From Candidatus Micrarchaeota archaeon (GTDB lineage Archaea > Micrarchaeota > Micrarchaeia > Micrarchaeales > Micrarchaeaceae), in the NCBI GenBank assembly GCA_021812205.1, contig JAKAOJ010000001.1, positions 1-24,193 of the forward strand: 24,193 nt of DNA, read 5' to 3'. Within the stretch, counting starts at the first letter, position 1; each line of letters starts with the position of its first letter. The notes beneath the pieces are model-generated. The model worked only from the letters and a program-made list of their open reading frames with translations, searched no databases and was not told the origin of the DNA. Of this stretch, positions 7,472 to 15,525 are shown piece after piece. Position numbers and translations under genes: made by a program.

Positions 7472-8575
7472 ATGGCCGACAAGGATGCGCTCGAATCAAG
7501 GCTTGAGGAGCTTGAGGAGGAGCTTTCGCGCACGAAAGACAACAAAGCCACTAATAAGCATCTGGCTGCGCTTCGCTCAAAAGTTGCGCAGGCACGCCGC
7601 GACATAGTCAAGGCAAGCAGGCGCGTCCATGGGAAGGGCTTTTTCGTCAAAAAATCAGGTGATGCAACTGTCGCGCTAGTAGGCTTCCCGAGCGCTGGCA
7701 AATCTTCGCTGCTCAATGCGCTTACAAACTCAAACTCGAAGACCGCGCCGTACGCGTTCACTACCACAGGCATAATACCCGGCACGATGGTCTACCGTGA
7801 CGCCCACATACAGGTGCTCGACATGCCCGGCCTGATAGAGAACGCCCATTCTGGTTTGGGAGAAGGAACGAGCATAGTGGCGCAGATACGCGTGTCCGAC
7901 CTGATAGTTTTCGTGATAGACATAAACAACCCTCCGCAGCTGGACATGCTGCTTTCCGAGCTCAAATCCCTCAACGTCTACATAAACAAGAAGAAGCCCG
8001 AGGTGCAGGTGCGCGAGGTTGATGCCTACATAGGCCTGAGGTTTGAAGTAAACAAGTCCGGTCTGGACGAGCAGGATCTACGCACAATATTCACCGGCTT
8101 CGGAACGTATAATGCCGTGGTGCGCATATGGGGCAAGGTAGACGAAGACGAGCTGATAAGCCTGCTCGCCAACAGGTCCTGCTACATAAACGCAATAATA
8201 GCGCTAAACAAGATAGACACTGTAAGCGATTTCGAGACCATAGCCCATGAGATGGAGAGGCGCTATGCGATGACAGTGCTGCCCATAAGCGCGCTGCGCA
8301 AGTCAACCCTGGAGCAGCTGACGCGCAGCATCTACGCTAACTCTGGGTTAATCCGCGTCTACCTTAAGCCCAGGACAGGCAAGGAACGCTCCCCTGTCAC
8401 AGCCTACGCGGGCTTTACCGTAGGGGAGCTGGCTAAGCGTTTCCACACCGCGGTGGTGGACGAGCTGAAGTGCGCTTATGTCGACGGGCCAAGTGTCAAG
8501 TTCTCAAACCAGCGCGTAGGCGTAAACCACACGCTTAAGGACGGCGACACTGTTACATTCATAAAAGAGAAGTGA
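7472..8575 (+). CDS. DRG/Obg-family GTPase with C-terminal TGS domain
   Basis: N-terminal NKAT motif, G1 GFPSAGKS, G2 FTT, G3 DMPG, G4 NKID. TGS-like end QRVGVNHTLKDGDTV. Confidence 0.92.
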   Translation: MADKDALESRLEELEEELSRTKDNKATNKHLAALRSKVAQARRDIVKASRRVHGKGFFVKKSGDATVALVGFPSAGKSSLLNALTNSNSKTAPYAFTTTGIIPGTMVYRDAHIQVLDMPGLIENAHSGLGEGTSIVAQIRVSDLIVFVIDINNPPQLDMLLSELKSLNVYINKKKPEVQVREVDAYIGLRFEVNKSGLDEQDLRTIFTGFGTYNAVVRIWGKVDEDELISLLANRSCYINAIIALNKIDTVSDFETIAHEMERRYAMTVLPISALRKSTLEQLTRSIYANSGLIRVYLKPRTGKERSPVTAYAGFTVGELAKRFHTAVVDELKCAYVDGPSVKFSNQRVGVNHTLKDGDTVTFIKEK

Positions 8576-8688
8576 AGGTCCAGACGCCGTCGAGTTTTAC
8601 GCAGATGGGTCAAAAATTATTGGTACATTTTAAATAGTTTAAATAACGATATAACATAAAGGCGGCGAAGGGCCTTCTAGGGGTCTAG

Positions 8689-9093
8689 ATGTCTATAAAG
8701 TATTGGGAGTTCGAGGATGCACCTTTCAAGGAAAAGCTGCGCAACGTTAGCGCCAGAGAAATAGCGAAGCTGTTTTTCGACAACGAGACGGAGGCCTACA
8801 GGTTTGCTGCGCTGCTCTTGGAGGTCAAGAAGACCAAGAAGCTGAAGCTGAAGGATGTCCCCGGGACGATACCGATAGCCACGGCGAAGCGCTACCTGGA
8901 TTTTGCAGTGCAGCTCGGCCTCCTCAGCCACGAGGGCACGGTCTACGAGCTCACAGACAGGTTCAGCAGGCCGTTCAGGAACATAGCGTCGTATATAAAG
9001 GCGTGGATGGAAGCTCCCCCAAGTGAGGACTTGACGACAGAATTTCCAGCAGCGCGCATGGAGAAGCAGAAGAAGCGTGGCGGGCGGGTCTAG
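8689..9093 (+). CDS. Hypothetical protein, probable winged helix-turn-helix
   Basis: 134 aa. Segment IPIATAKRYLDFAVQLGLLSHEGTVYELT resembles a recognition helix plus wing. TATA boxes upstream and a T-rich tract downstream. Confidence 0.6.
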   Translation: MSIKYWEFEDAPFKEKLRNVSAREIAKLFFDNETEAYRFAALLLEVKKTKKLKLKDVPGTIPIATAKRYLDFAVQLGLLSHEGTVYELTDRFSRPFRNIASYIKAWMEAPPSEDLTTEFPAARMEKQKKRGGRV

Positions 9094-9145
9094 CCCCAAT
9101 GGGCTTTTGTTTCTGAAGGCCTTTTTACTGAAGGCGCGCATGCAT

Positions 9146-9258
9146 CGGGCCCGGCGGGATTTGAACCCGCGACCGTCAGCTTTCCCCGCGCTTCTTGACG
9201 AATTGTCAAAGAAGTCTCATAGAAGGCTGCTGCTCTGTCCAAGCTGAGCTACGGGCCC
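9146..9258 (-). tRNA. tRNA-Arg(UCU) with a 38-nt intron at position 37/38. CCA is not encoded.
   Basis: Acceptor stem GGGCCCG/CGGGCCC, D arm GCTC/GAGC, anticodon loop CT-TCT-A|A, T arm GCGGG-TTCAAAT-CCCGC. The intron forms a bulge-helix-bulge (CUUC:GGGG helix; UA^U and AA^A bulges) and an internal hairpin. The anticodon stem has a G27-A43 mismatch. Confidence 0.93.
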
Positions 9259-10071
9259 TCAGCGCATAAGGCTTGCCACGCCAATATTAAAGAACCTTCT
9301 AGTGTTCTGCGTCAGCACTGAGGCAGCCTCCTCGAAAGGCACACCCTTGGCTGATGCGATGATTCTTATCGACTTCTCGACGTCTCTCGGCACAGCGCCG
9401 TTCACCGGCGAATCCGTTTCAGCCAGGAGGCTGCGCATTGACACTGCCTTTATCGCACGCTTCCGCTTTCCAGACTCCATCGGCGGCACTGATATCATGT
9501 ATCCGCGCCTCTCGGCCTCAAGCGCCTGGCTCTCGTCCCCCTCGAAGAAGTGCAGCTGGACCTTGGTGGCTCCATGCTCCTTCAGTATGCCGAACACCTC
9601 CTCCATCGCCCCCCTTGAGTGCACGCACACTGGCAGGCCAAGTTCCACAGCAAGCCCAACAAACCTGGAAAAGATGAGCTTCTGCCTTTCAAGCGCCTCG
9701 GCAGTCTTGGCGTATGTTACGTCAATCCCTATCTCCCCAACAGCTACTACCGACTTCCTGTTGTCCTTTATGAGCCTGATGTTCCTTTCAATCTCCTCGT
9801 CCGGCATGCCGGCATACTCTGGATGGACCCCGAGTGCCGCGAAGACGTTCTTGCCGTCGCACATGGCAAGCGTCTTAATGTTCGATGCGGTGTCAACGCC
9901 ATTGGCTATGATGACGCTCACGCCCTGCTCCACGCTGGCGCGCACCACATCCATACTAAAGGATTCTATGTGGCAGTGGGCATCTGCCATCTCTGGCACG
10001 CTCTTGCGTACAGGCACGTTTTCCTTGAGCAGCTCCTTCGCCGCCAAAGCTGTCGGCATGAAAGGCACCAT
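9259..10071 (-). CDS. tatD: TatD-family metal-dependent DNase/hydrolase
   Basis: Motifs DAHCH, GVHP, VGEIGID, VHSR, LHF and LAETDSP. Confidence 0.92.
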   Translation of the reverse strand: MVPFMPTALAAKELLKENVPVRKSVPEMADAHCHIESFSMDVVRASVEQGVSVIIANGVDTASNIKTLAMCDGKNVFAALGVHPEYAGMPDEEIERNIRLIKDNRKSVVAVGEIGIDVTYAKTAEALERQKLIFSRFVGLAVELGLPVCVHSRGAMEEVFGILKEHGATKVQLHFFEGDESQALEAERRGYMISVPPMESGKRKRAIKAVSMRSLLAETDSPVNGAVPRDVEKSIRIIASAKGVPFEEAASVLTQNTRRFFNIGVASLMR

Positions 10072-10118
10072 ATGTGCTTCTCTAAAAACCTATATAGCCT
10101 TTAACACGAGAACTATTA

Positions 10119-11147
10119 ATGTCCAGTGGCCACGGTGCTATTATGAAAAGCAGGCATAGCGGAGTAGGGAAAACAGAGTTTGTGCTTATAGCACTGGTTG
10201 TGGTGCTAATAGGTATAGTTATATTTCACGGCAGCGAGATAGCCTCGCTCCAGAAGCAGGTAAGCTCTCTGGAATCGCAGCTCTCTTCATTGCAGGGCAG
10301 CTCTCCCAGCACCCCAGGCCAGTTCGGCCAGCGCCTGACTGGAATAGACCAGCCGCTAAATGCGACCGAGCTGTCAGCCATAAATGGTGCGCCACTCGCT
10401 TATTTTGAGGATGCTGCGAACATGATGCTTGCAGGCAACCTCACAGGCATGGTTTCAGTACCCGTGCTGAACTCTAGCTACTTCAACACAAACGCGCTAG
10501 TGGTAAACGGCAAGCCCAGCGTAGTATACATAGGCGCCATATCATGCATCTTCTGCGGCGAGAACAGATGGGCTATGGCTCTCGCGCTCTCACGTTTCGG
10601 AAACTTCACCGCGCTCTACAAGGGCTATAGCAGCTTCGGCGACTCGGATGTCCCGACTCTCTACTGGTCTGCAGACAACTACACCACCAGTGCAGGCGTG
10701 GGCTACGGCGCGTCTTACTCCAGCCCATATATAAACTTCTTTGCTGCGGATTACGAGTCACCGATAGTGCAGGGGTTCCAGGTGCAGCCCATAAGCTACT
10801 TCGTAGCCGAGGCGCCAAACTCCACATACAGCACAGCAATGTCCTTCATGAACAACACCGGGAAGTTTAGCGGGACGCCGTTCACGCTTTGGGGCACATC
10901 GCTCTTCTTGGGCGCTGACGCTGTTGTTTTCGGTAACACAACGCCTTCCAGCCAGTCGCTCCCCCTGACATACATGACCCATGAGGAAGTCATAAAGCAG
11001 ATAGGCTCGTTCAGCGACAGGTTTGCATGGGCCGAATACGCAGGCGCAGACGTCTACATAGCGGCAACGTGCCATTCAATAAATGACTCTGCGCCGGTAT
11101 GCTCGCTGCCTGGTATAAAGGCCATAGAGGCTAAGATGACTGCATGA
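10119..11147 (+). CDS. Membrane-anchored extracellular DUF929-like protein with CxxC motif
   Basis: N-terminal TM, short coiled coil, then YIGAISCIFCGENRWAMALALSRFG, which resembles DUF929 (thioredoxin-like). Many N-x-S/T sequons. The start may be 10143. Confidence 0.7.
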   Translation: MSSGHGAIMKSRHSGVGKTEFVLIALVVVLIGIVIFHGSEIASLQKQVSSLESQLSSLQGSSPSTPGQFGQRLTGIDQPLNATELSAINGAPLAYFEDAANMMLAGNLTGMVSVPVLNSSYFNTNALVVNGKPSVVYIGAISCIFCGENRWAMALALSRFGNFTALYKGYSSFGDSDVPTLYWSADNYTTSAGVGYGASYSSPYINFFAADYESPIVQGFQVQPISYFVAEAPNSTYSTAMSFMNNTGKFSGTPFTLWGTSLFLGADAVVFGNTTPSSQSLPLTYMTHEEVIKQIGSFSDRFAWAEYAGADVYIAATCHSINDSAPVCSLPGIKAIEAKMTA

Positions 11148-11638
11148 CACGCGCATTCGCACTGCTGAAGAGCATCTACAAGCCGAGGTACATAATCCTA
11201 AACGTTGCTGTTTTCGCTGTATACTACCTCTTCTCGACCGCGCTCATCAGGCTCAACAACACGCCCGTAATCATTTTCGCTCCCTACGCAAAACCGCTTT
11301 TCTATGCAGTCATAGCGACCGGGTCGATAATGTTCACCATTGCGATATACTCTATCAGGAATACAAGGAACAATTCGGCCAAATACCTGTCTAGCACCGC
11401 AGGCACGGTCACTGCAGTGGGCAGCAGCCTGTTCATAGGGTGCGGCTGCCAGGTCCCGGTCACGCTCGGAATATTCTCCGCGTTCATCGGGAGCGCAGGT
11501 GCCATCGGTGCAGACGTCTTCATAGCCGATTACGAGTCGTGGCTGCTGCTAATCCTGCTTTTTATAAATGTGGCACTAATATCCTACTATACACTAAAGC
11601 TCTCCAGGCCGCAGTGCAGGATCAGGAAGAAGGGTTGA
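11144..11638 (+). CDS. Small (about 4 TM) membrane protein with GCGC motif
   Basis: Four hydrophobic segments, IGCGCQVP in the third, C-terminal PQCR. ATGA overlap with the upstream gene. Confidence 0.75.
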   Translation: MTRAFALLKSIYKPRYIILNVAVFAVYYLFSTALIRLNNTPVIIFAPYAKPLFYAVIATGSIMFTIAIYSIRNTRNNSAKYLSSTAGTVTAVGSSLFIGCGCQVPVTLGIFSAFIGSAGAIGADVFIADYESWLLLILLFINVALISYYTLKLSRPQCRIRKKG

Positions 11639-11642
11639 TTAG

Positions 11643-12728
11643 ATGGCAGGTAAGGCGAAGGCAAGGGCACATGCACGCAGGCCTCTGCCTCGCGTCAAGC
11701 CAGCCCGCAGCAGCAAAAGGCCGGCACGCAGGCCGCGCAGCATGCGCACGCCTGCCCCAAAGCAGCAGCCGCTTGCATATGTTCCCACATCCTACAACGG
11801 TGCGCTCGTCTATGATATAGCAACCGGCAACGCAGACAAGAAGGTCACGGAAGAGGCTCTGCTGCTAAACCACATGATGCTCAACCTGACAGAATCATCA
11901 TCGAAGGAGGCATACAGGTCTGGGCTCTCAGTGGGCACCACACTGTACGACATAGCAAGATTGAAGCACCATGGGATCCAGTACGAGGAATACGTTCCAT
12001 ACCTTGTAGAGTTTCTCGAGCGTGCGGGCTACTATGTTACCTATGGCGTGTTCCCTGACAAAGCCATATTCAGGCTGCACGGGCACAGCCTATACATTGG
12101 CGCACGCATGCATACATTCGAGGCCGGCGTCATATCTGGTTTTATGAGCGCTGCCCGCAAGGCCTACACGCCTGTCAACGAGACTGCCTGCAGGAATGAC
12201 AGGGCAGATGCCTGCGTTTTCGAGACTTCGCGCACTTCCGCCTCAGCCTCGCTGCGCAGGGACATGATTGACAGGTTCATAGAGCACGTGCATGGCAGGG
12301 CTAGCGCAGGCGCCTACCCAAGCGCCACATTCTCACAGAGCTACCACGCCCTGCTGGCATCATCGCTGCTCCAGCAGGCCCACATGGATACGCTGAAAGG
12401 CATCATGCACTACATCGGCTCATCTCTCAGGGAGAAATTCGAGAGCAGCGCTAAGAGACCGGGCACTTCCGACTACATCGCCAACAGCATAACACTCCTC
12501 AGGCTGGGCACCCCATACATGGACAACATGCGTAGGCTGGACATAAGGCTGGCTTTTGATACGGCCACCTCGCGCAGTGAAATGGCCGAGCTGTCGATAG
12601 CATTCCTCAACGGGATATTCGGCAAGAGGGCTGGAAAAGCCATAGCAACAGAAAGTAATAATAAAGGGTCTTATACAATAAGGTTGGCAACTCAGTCCAG
12701 CGCAGGCATTCGTAAATCTGGGCATTAG
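11643..12728 (+). CDS. V4R-domain-like protein with basic N-terminal tail
   Basis: FEAGVISG...VNETACRNDRADACVFE matches the V4R pattern. The C-terminal half looks like a degenerate second copy (FLNGIFG). The first ~40 aa are R/K/P/A-rich. Confidence 0.65.
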   Translation: MAGKAKARAHARRPLPRVKPARSSKRPARRPRSMRTPAPKQQPLAYVPTSYNGALVYDIATGNADKKVTEEALLLNHMMLNLTESSSKEAYRSGLSVGTTLYDIARLKHHGIQYEEYVPYLVEFLERAGYYVTYGVFPDKAIFRLHGHSLYIGARMHTFEAGVISGFMSAARKAYTPVNETACRNDRADACVFETSRTSASASLRRDMIDRFIEHVHGRASAGAYPSATFSQSYHALLASSLLQQAHMDTLKGIMHYIGSSLREKFESSAKRPGTSDYIANSITLLRLGTPYMDNMRRLDIRLAFDTATSRSEMAELSIAFLNGIFGKRAGKAIATESNNKGSYTIRLATQSSAGIRKSGH

Positions 12729-12737
12729 CTGGTTTTC

Positions 12738-14192
12738 ATGGCACTAGAATTCATGGACACCATAGGCCGCTTTATACCATCGATAAGCGGACCGAAGGCG
12801 CCAATGTCGCTACGCGAGAAGATGTACTGGACAGGCGGCATACTTGCAGTGTACTTCCTGCTCTACAACATATACGCAATAGGCGTGAACCAACAGGCAG
12901 TCTCGCAGCCAATACTGCAGCTGATAAGCATAATATTTGCCGCAAGGATTGGCAGCCTGATAACAGTCGGTATAGGGCCAATAGTCCTTTCAAGCATAAT
13001 ACTCCAGCTAGTGAACGGCTCGGGCCTGATACACCTCGACCTGAACGATACAGCCACAAAGGGACGCTTCCAGTCGATGCAGAAGCTCTTCGCGATGAGC
13101 ATAGCAATGGTAGAGTCTGTGGTATTCGTCCTGAGCGGCTACGTCCCTGTCGCAAGCCATGCAGTCATGCCATTCGTGATGCTGCAGCTGATAATAGGCG
13201 CATTCACAATCATCTTCCTTGACGAGATGATGACAAAGTACGGCATAACCTCCGGAATCAACCTCTTCATAGCTGCCGGGGTGTCATTTGCCATTGTTGC
13301 CGGCACTGTAGGGATACTGGTGCCTGAAGCTGCAGCCACCATTGCGGCAGGCGGAGCGGCCGCACTCTCAAATGCGGTGCTGGCGTTCGGGCCGCTCTTC
13401 TTCGCCATCATAATATTCCTTATAAGCATCTACGCCTACGAGATGAAGATAGAGCTTCCGCTGAGCTTCGAGCAGCTGCGCGGCGTAGGCGGACGCCTGC
13501 CCATACCCTTCCTCTATGTAAGCGTGCTGCCTGTGATACTTGCGTCGTCGCTCGAGCTTAGCTTCACCGTGTGGTTCAGGTTCCTCGCCAATGTGGGCGG
13601 CTCCTTGGCAAACGTCGCGAAATTCTTCGCCTATTATCAGGCGTCGTCCTCAGGCCCTCAGCTCGCCGGCGGCATAGTGTACCTCATATCCCCTACATTC
13701 CCGCTTCCTTATTCGGCGGCATATGGCGGCGTAGGTGGCTACGGACCATACTTCAGCTACCTTGCTACGCACGTCAGCACGCTCTTCCTGCCTTGGGGCG
13801 GCTCAGTGCTAGTCCCAGAGTGGGTTCACGTTATAGTATACACCGTAGTGCTGATGCTCCTCTGTGTGGTCTTCGGCAAGTTCTGGATCGAGATGACCGG
13901 GCAGAGCCCGAAGAACCTGGCAGAGCAGCTGGGCTCTACAGGCTGGCAGATACCGGGGTTCAGGCGCGACCCGCGCATAGTGGAGAGCGTGCTAAACAAG
14001 TACATACCTACAGTCACGGTACTAGGCAGCCTTTTCGTCGGCCTGCTTGCTGCGCTCTCGACGCTTACAGGAGCGATAGGCACTGGCATGGGGATACTCC
14101 TTACAGTAGGCATAATCTACATGCTCTACCAGCAGCTGCAGCAGGAGAACCTCTATGAGACTTATCCTGTGCTCAACAAGATAGCGAAGTGA
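12738..14192 (+). CDS. secY: Preprotein translocase subunit SecY (Sec61-alpha)
   Basis: Motifs KMYWTG, GIGPIVLSSIILQL, KYGITSGINLFIAAG, RLPIPFLYVS, IPGFRRD, YIPTVT and TGMGILLTV. Confidence 0.97.
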   Translation: MALEFMDTIGRFIPSISGPKAPMSLREKMYWTGGILAVYFLLYNIYAIGVNQQAVSQPILQLISIIFAARIGSLITVGIGPIVLSSIILQLVNGSGLIHLDLNDTATKGRFQSMQKLFAMSIAMVESVVFVLSGYVPVASHAVMPFVMLQLIIGAFTIIFLDEMMTKYGITSGINLFIAAGVSFAIVAGTVGILVPEAAATIAAGGAAALSNAVLAFGPLFFAIIIFLISIYAYEMKIELPLSFEQLRGVGGRLPIPFLYVSVLPVILASSLELSFTVWFRFLANVGGSLANVAKFFAYYQASSSGPQLAGGIVYLISPTFPLPYSAAYGGVGGYGPYFSYLATHVSTLFLPWGGSVLVPEWVHVIVYTVVLMLLCVVFGKFWIEMTGQSPKNLAEQLGSTGWQIPGFRRDPRIVESVLNKYIPTVTVLGSLFVGLLAALSTLTGAIGTGMGILLTVGIIYMLYQQLQQENLYETYPVLNKIAK

Positions 14193-14267
14193 AGCTACCG
14201 GCCATTATTCGTTGCAGCTCCGCTACCAATGCATGAGCAAAAGAGAAGTAGAGCTCCGAGCCCCAGC

Positions 14268-14381
14268 TCAGAGCTGTCCGACCCTGCGCTTCTGCGCCCT
14301 CTTCAATCGCTTGCGCCTCTTCTTCTTCCATTTCCAGCGCATGCGCCCTTTCTTCTTCCATTTTCTGGGTATGCTTCCCAA
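14268..14381 (-). CDS. rpl41e: Ribosomal protein eL41 (eS32), 37 aa
   Basis: Manual translation MGSIPRKWKKKGRMRWKWKKKRRKRLKRAQKRRVGQL contains the archaeal eL41 motif WKKKGRMRWKW. TTG start preceded by GGTGA. Confidence 0.88.
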   Translation of the reverse strand: MGSIPRKWKKKGRMRWKWKKKRRKRLKRAQKRRVGQL

Positions 14382-14486
14382 CGTTTCACCTGATAAGCGT
14401 AGACATGGCTAATGTATTTATATACGCAGAAGTTATTAACTAACAACGTTTAAATAGCTTGACGTGCTGGCTAGAGGTTCGATGAA

Positions 14487-15521
14487 ATGCACAAAGGTAT
14501 ACTGGCTTATGTGATAATACTGGTGATTATAGCCGTTGTTGGTTACTTTTCTACCAATGGCTTTAGGTTCCTTTTGGTCCACACGACGCCTGCTCCATCA
14601 ACCACGGTGCCGCCGGCTAGTCTGTCCACCACAACATCCTCAACCAGCATAGTGCCATACGTTTCAGGATGCAACAACTACACGGTCTTCGAGAGTTCCC
14701 CAAACACCACAACCGCAGTGATGTGCAGATGGAACGGCGGAAGGCTTGGCGTGTGGGTTGCCAGCGGCCTCAATTCCAACGTGCATTTTAGCGTCGTTGG
14801 GCAGAACAACATAACCTACGTTAACTCTACTGTGAACGACGTCGTGTACAACTGCACCACGTTCTACAAGTCCATTGAAGCTCCTGCGCAGACGTACACA
14901 CTAACATTGTCGACAGGCAGGAGTGGGGGCACCTGCAATTCTTACTCGCTCCTCAAGCTAAACACGACTGTTGTACCGCCAATGCAGACATATAGGCAGG
15001 TCTACAACGGCAACTTCGGCACCGGCGACTTTACCGGCTGGAACACGACCGGGAAGGGATTCGCCGGCGGGCCGATGAACATAACCTATGCCAACTCGCA
15101 GCACTGCTACCAAGGCGCCCCATGGGCCGGGCTCAACGGCACCTTCTTCGCCACGACGTACAACTGCGGCCTGAGCAACGCTCCGGGCAACCTTACGTCC
15201 AGCCCGTTCCTTGTCGACGAGCCGTTCCTCAACTTCCAGATAATAAGCCCCTACGACCAGAGCATATACGTAGAGGTGCTCTCAGGGAACACCCCCGCAA
15301 TAGTCTCCCACTACAACACCTACAACTTGACCTTCGGTTCGACATCCCAGTACACCTTCAGGAATGCGACCATATCCCTCATAAACCTGGCGGGCAAGAT
15401 CGTGCGCGTGCGTGTTGTTGCCCAGTCGATAAAGCAGCAGAACTACATTGCGGTGGGCGATTTCCGGATGGCATCAAGGCCTGTGGTTACGCCTGGCATA
15501 TCAGTCAACACCTCAGCGTGA
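14487..15521 (+). CDS. Membrane-anchored surface glycoprotein, Ser/Thr-rich
   Basis: N-terminal TM, P/S/T linker, 13 N-x-S/T sequons by my count, and a NGNFGTGDFTGW motif typical of carbohydrate-binding-like beta domains. TTTAAATA box upstream. Confidence 0.7.
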   Translation: MHKGILAYVIILVIIAVVGYFSTNGFRFLLVHTTPAPSTTVPPASLSTTTSSTSIVPYVSGCNNYTVFESSPNTTTAVMCRWNGGRLGVWVASGLNSNVHFSVVGQNNITYVNSTVNDVVYNCTTFYKSIEAPAQTYTLTLSTGRSGGTCNSYSLLKLNTTVVPPMQTYRQVYNGNFGTGDFTGWNTTGKGFAGGPMNITYANSQHCYQGAPWAGLNGTFFATTYNCGLSNAPGNLTSSPFLVDEPFLNFQIISPYDQSIYVEVLSGNTPAIVSHYNTYNLTFGSTSQYTFRNATISLINLAGKIVRVRVVAQSIKQQNYIAVGDFRMASRPVVTPGISVNTSA

Positions 15522-15525
15522 GGCC

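Noticed and set aside
14173-14361. 62-aa acidic ORF (MEEERAHALEMEEEE...) in the track
   Set aside because: It is an alternative frame of the eL41 gene. The eL41 frame has the family motif and the SD.
15448-15525. Upstream starts given by the track for DUF763 (15448), GT4 (5974), cysS (16583) and SBDS (23847)
   Set aside because: Three overlap neighbouring genes and the SBDS one lies within its SD. Family N-termini and SD positions support downstream ATGs.
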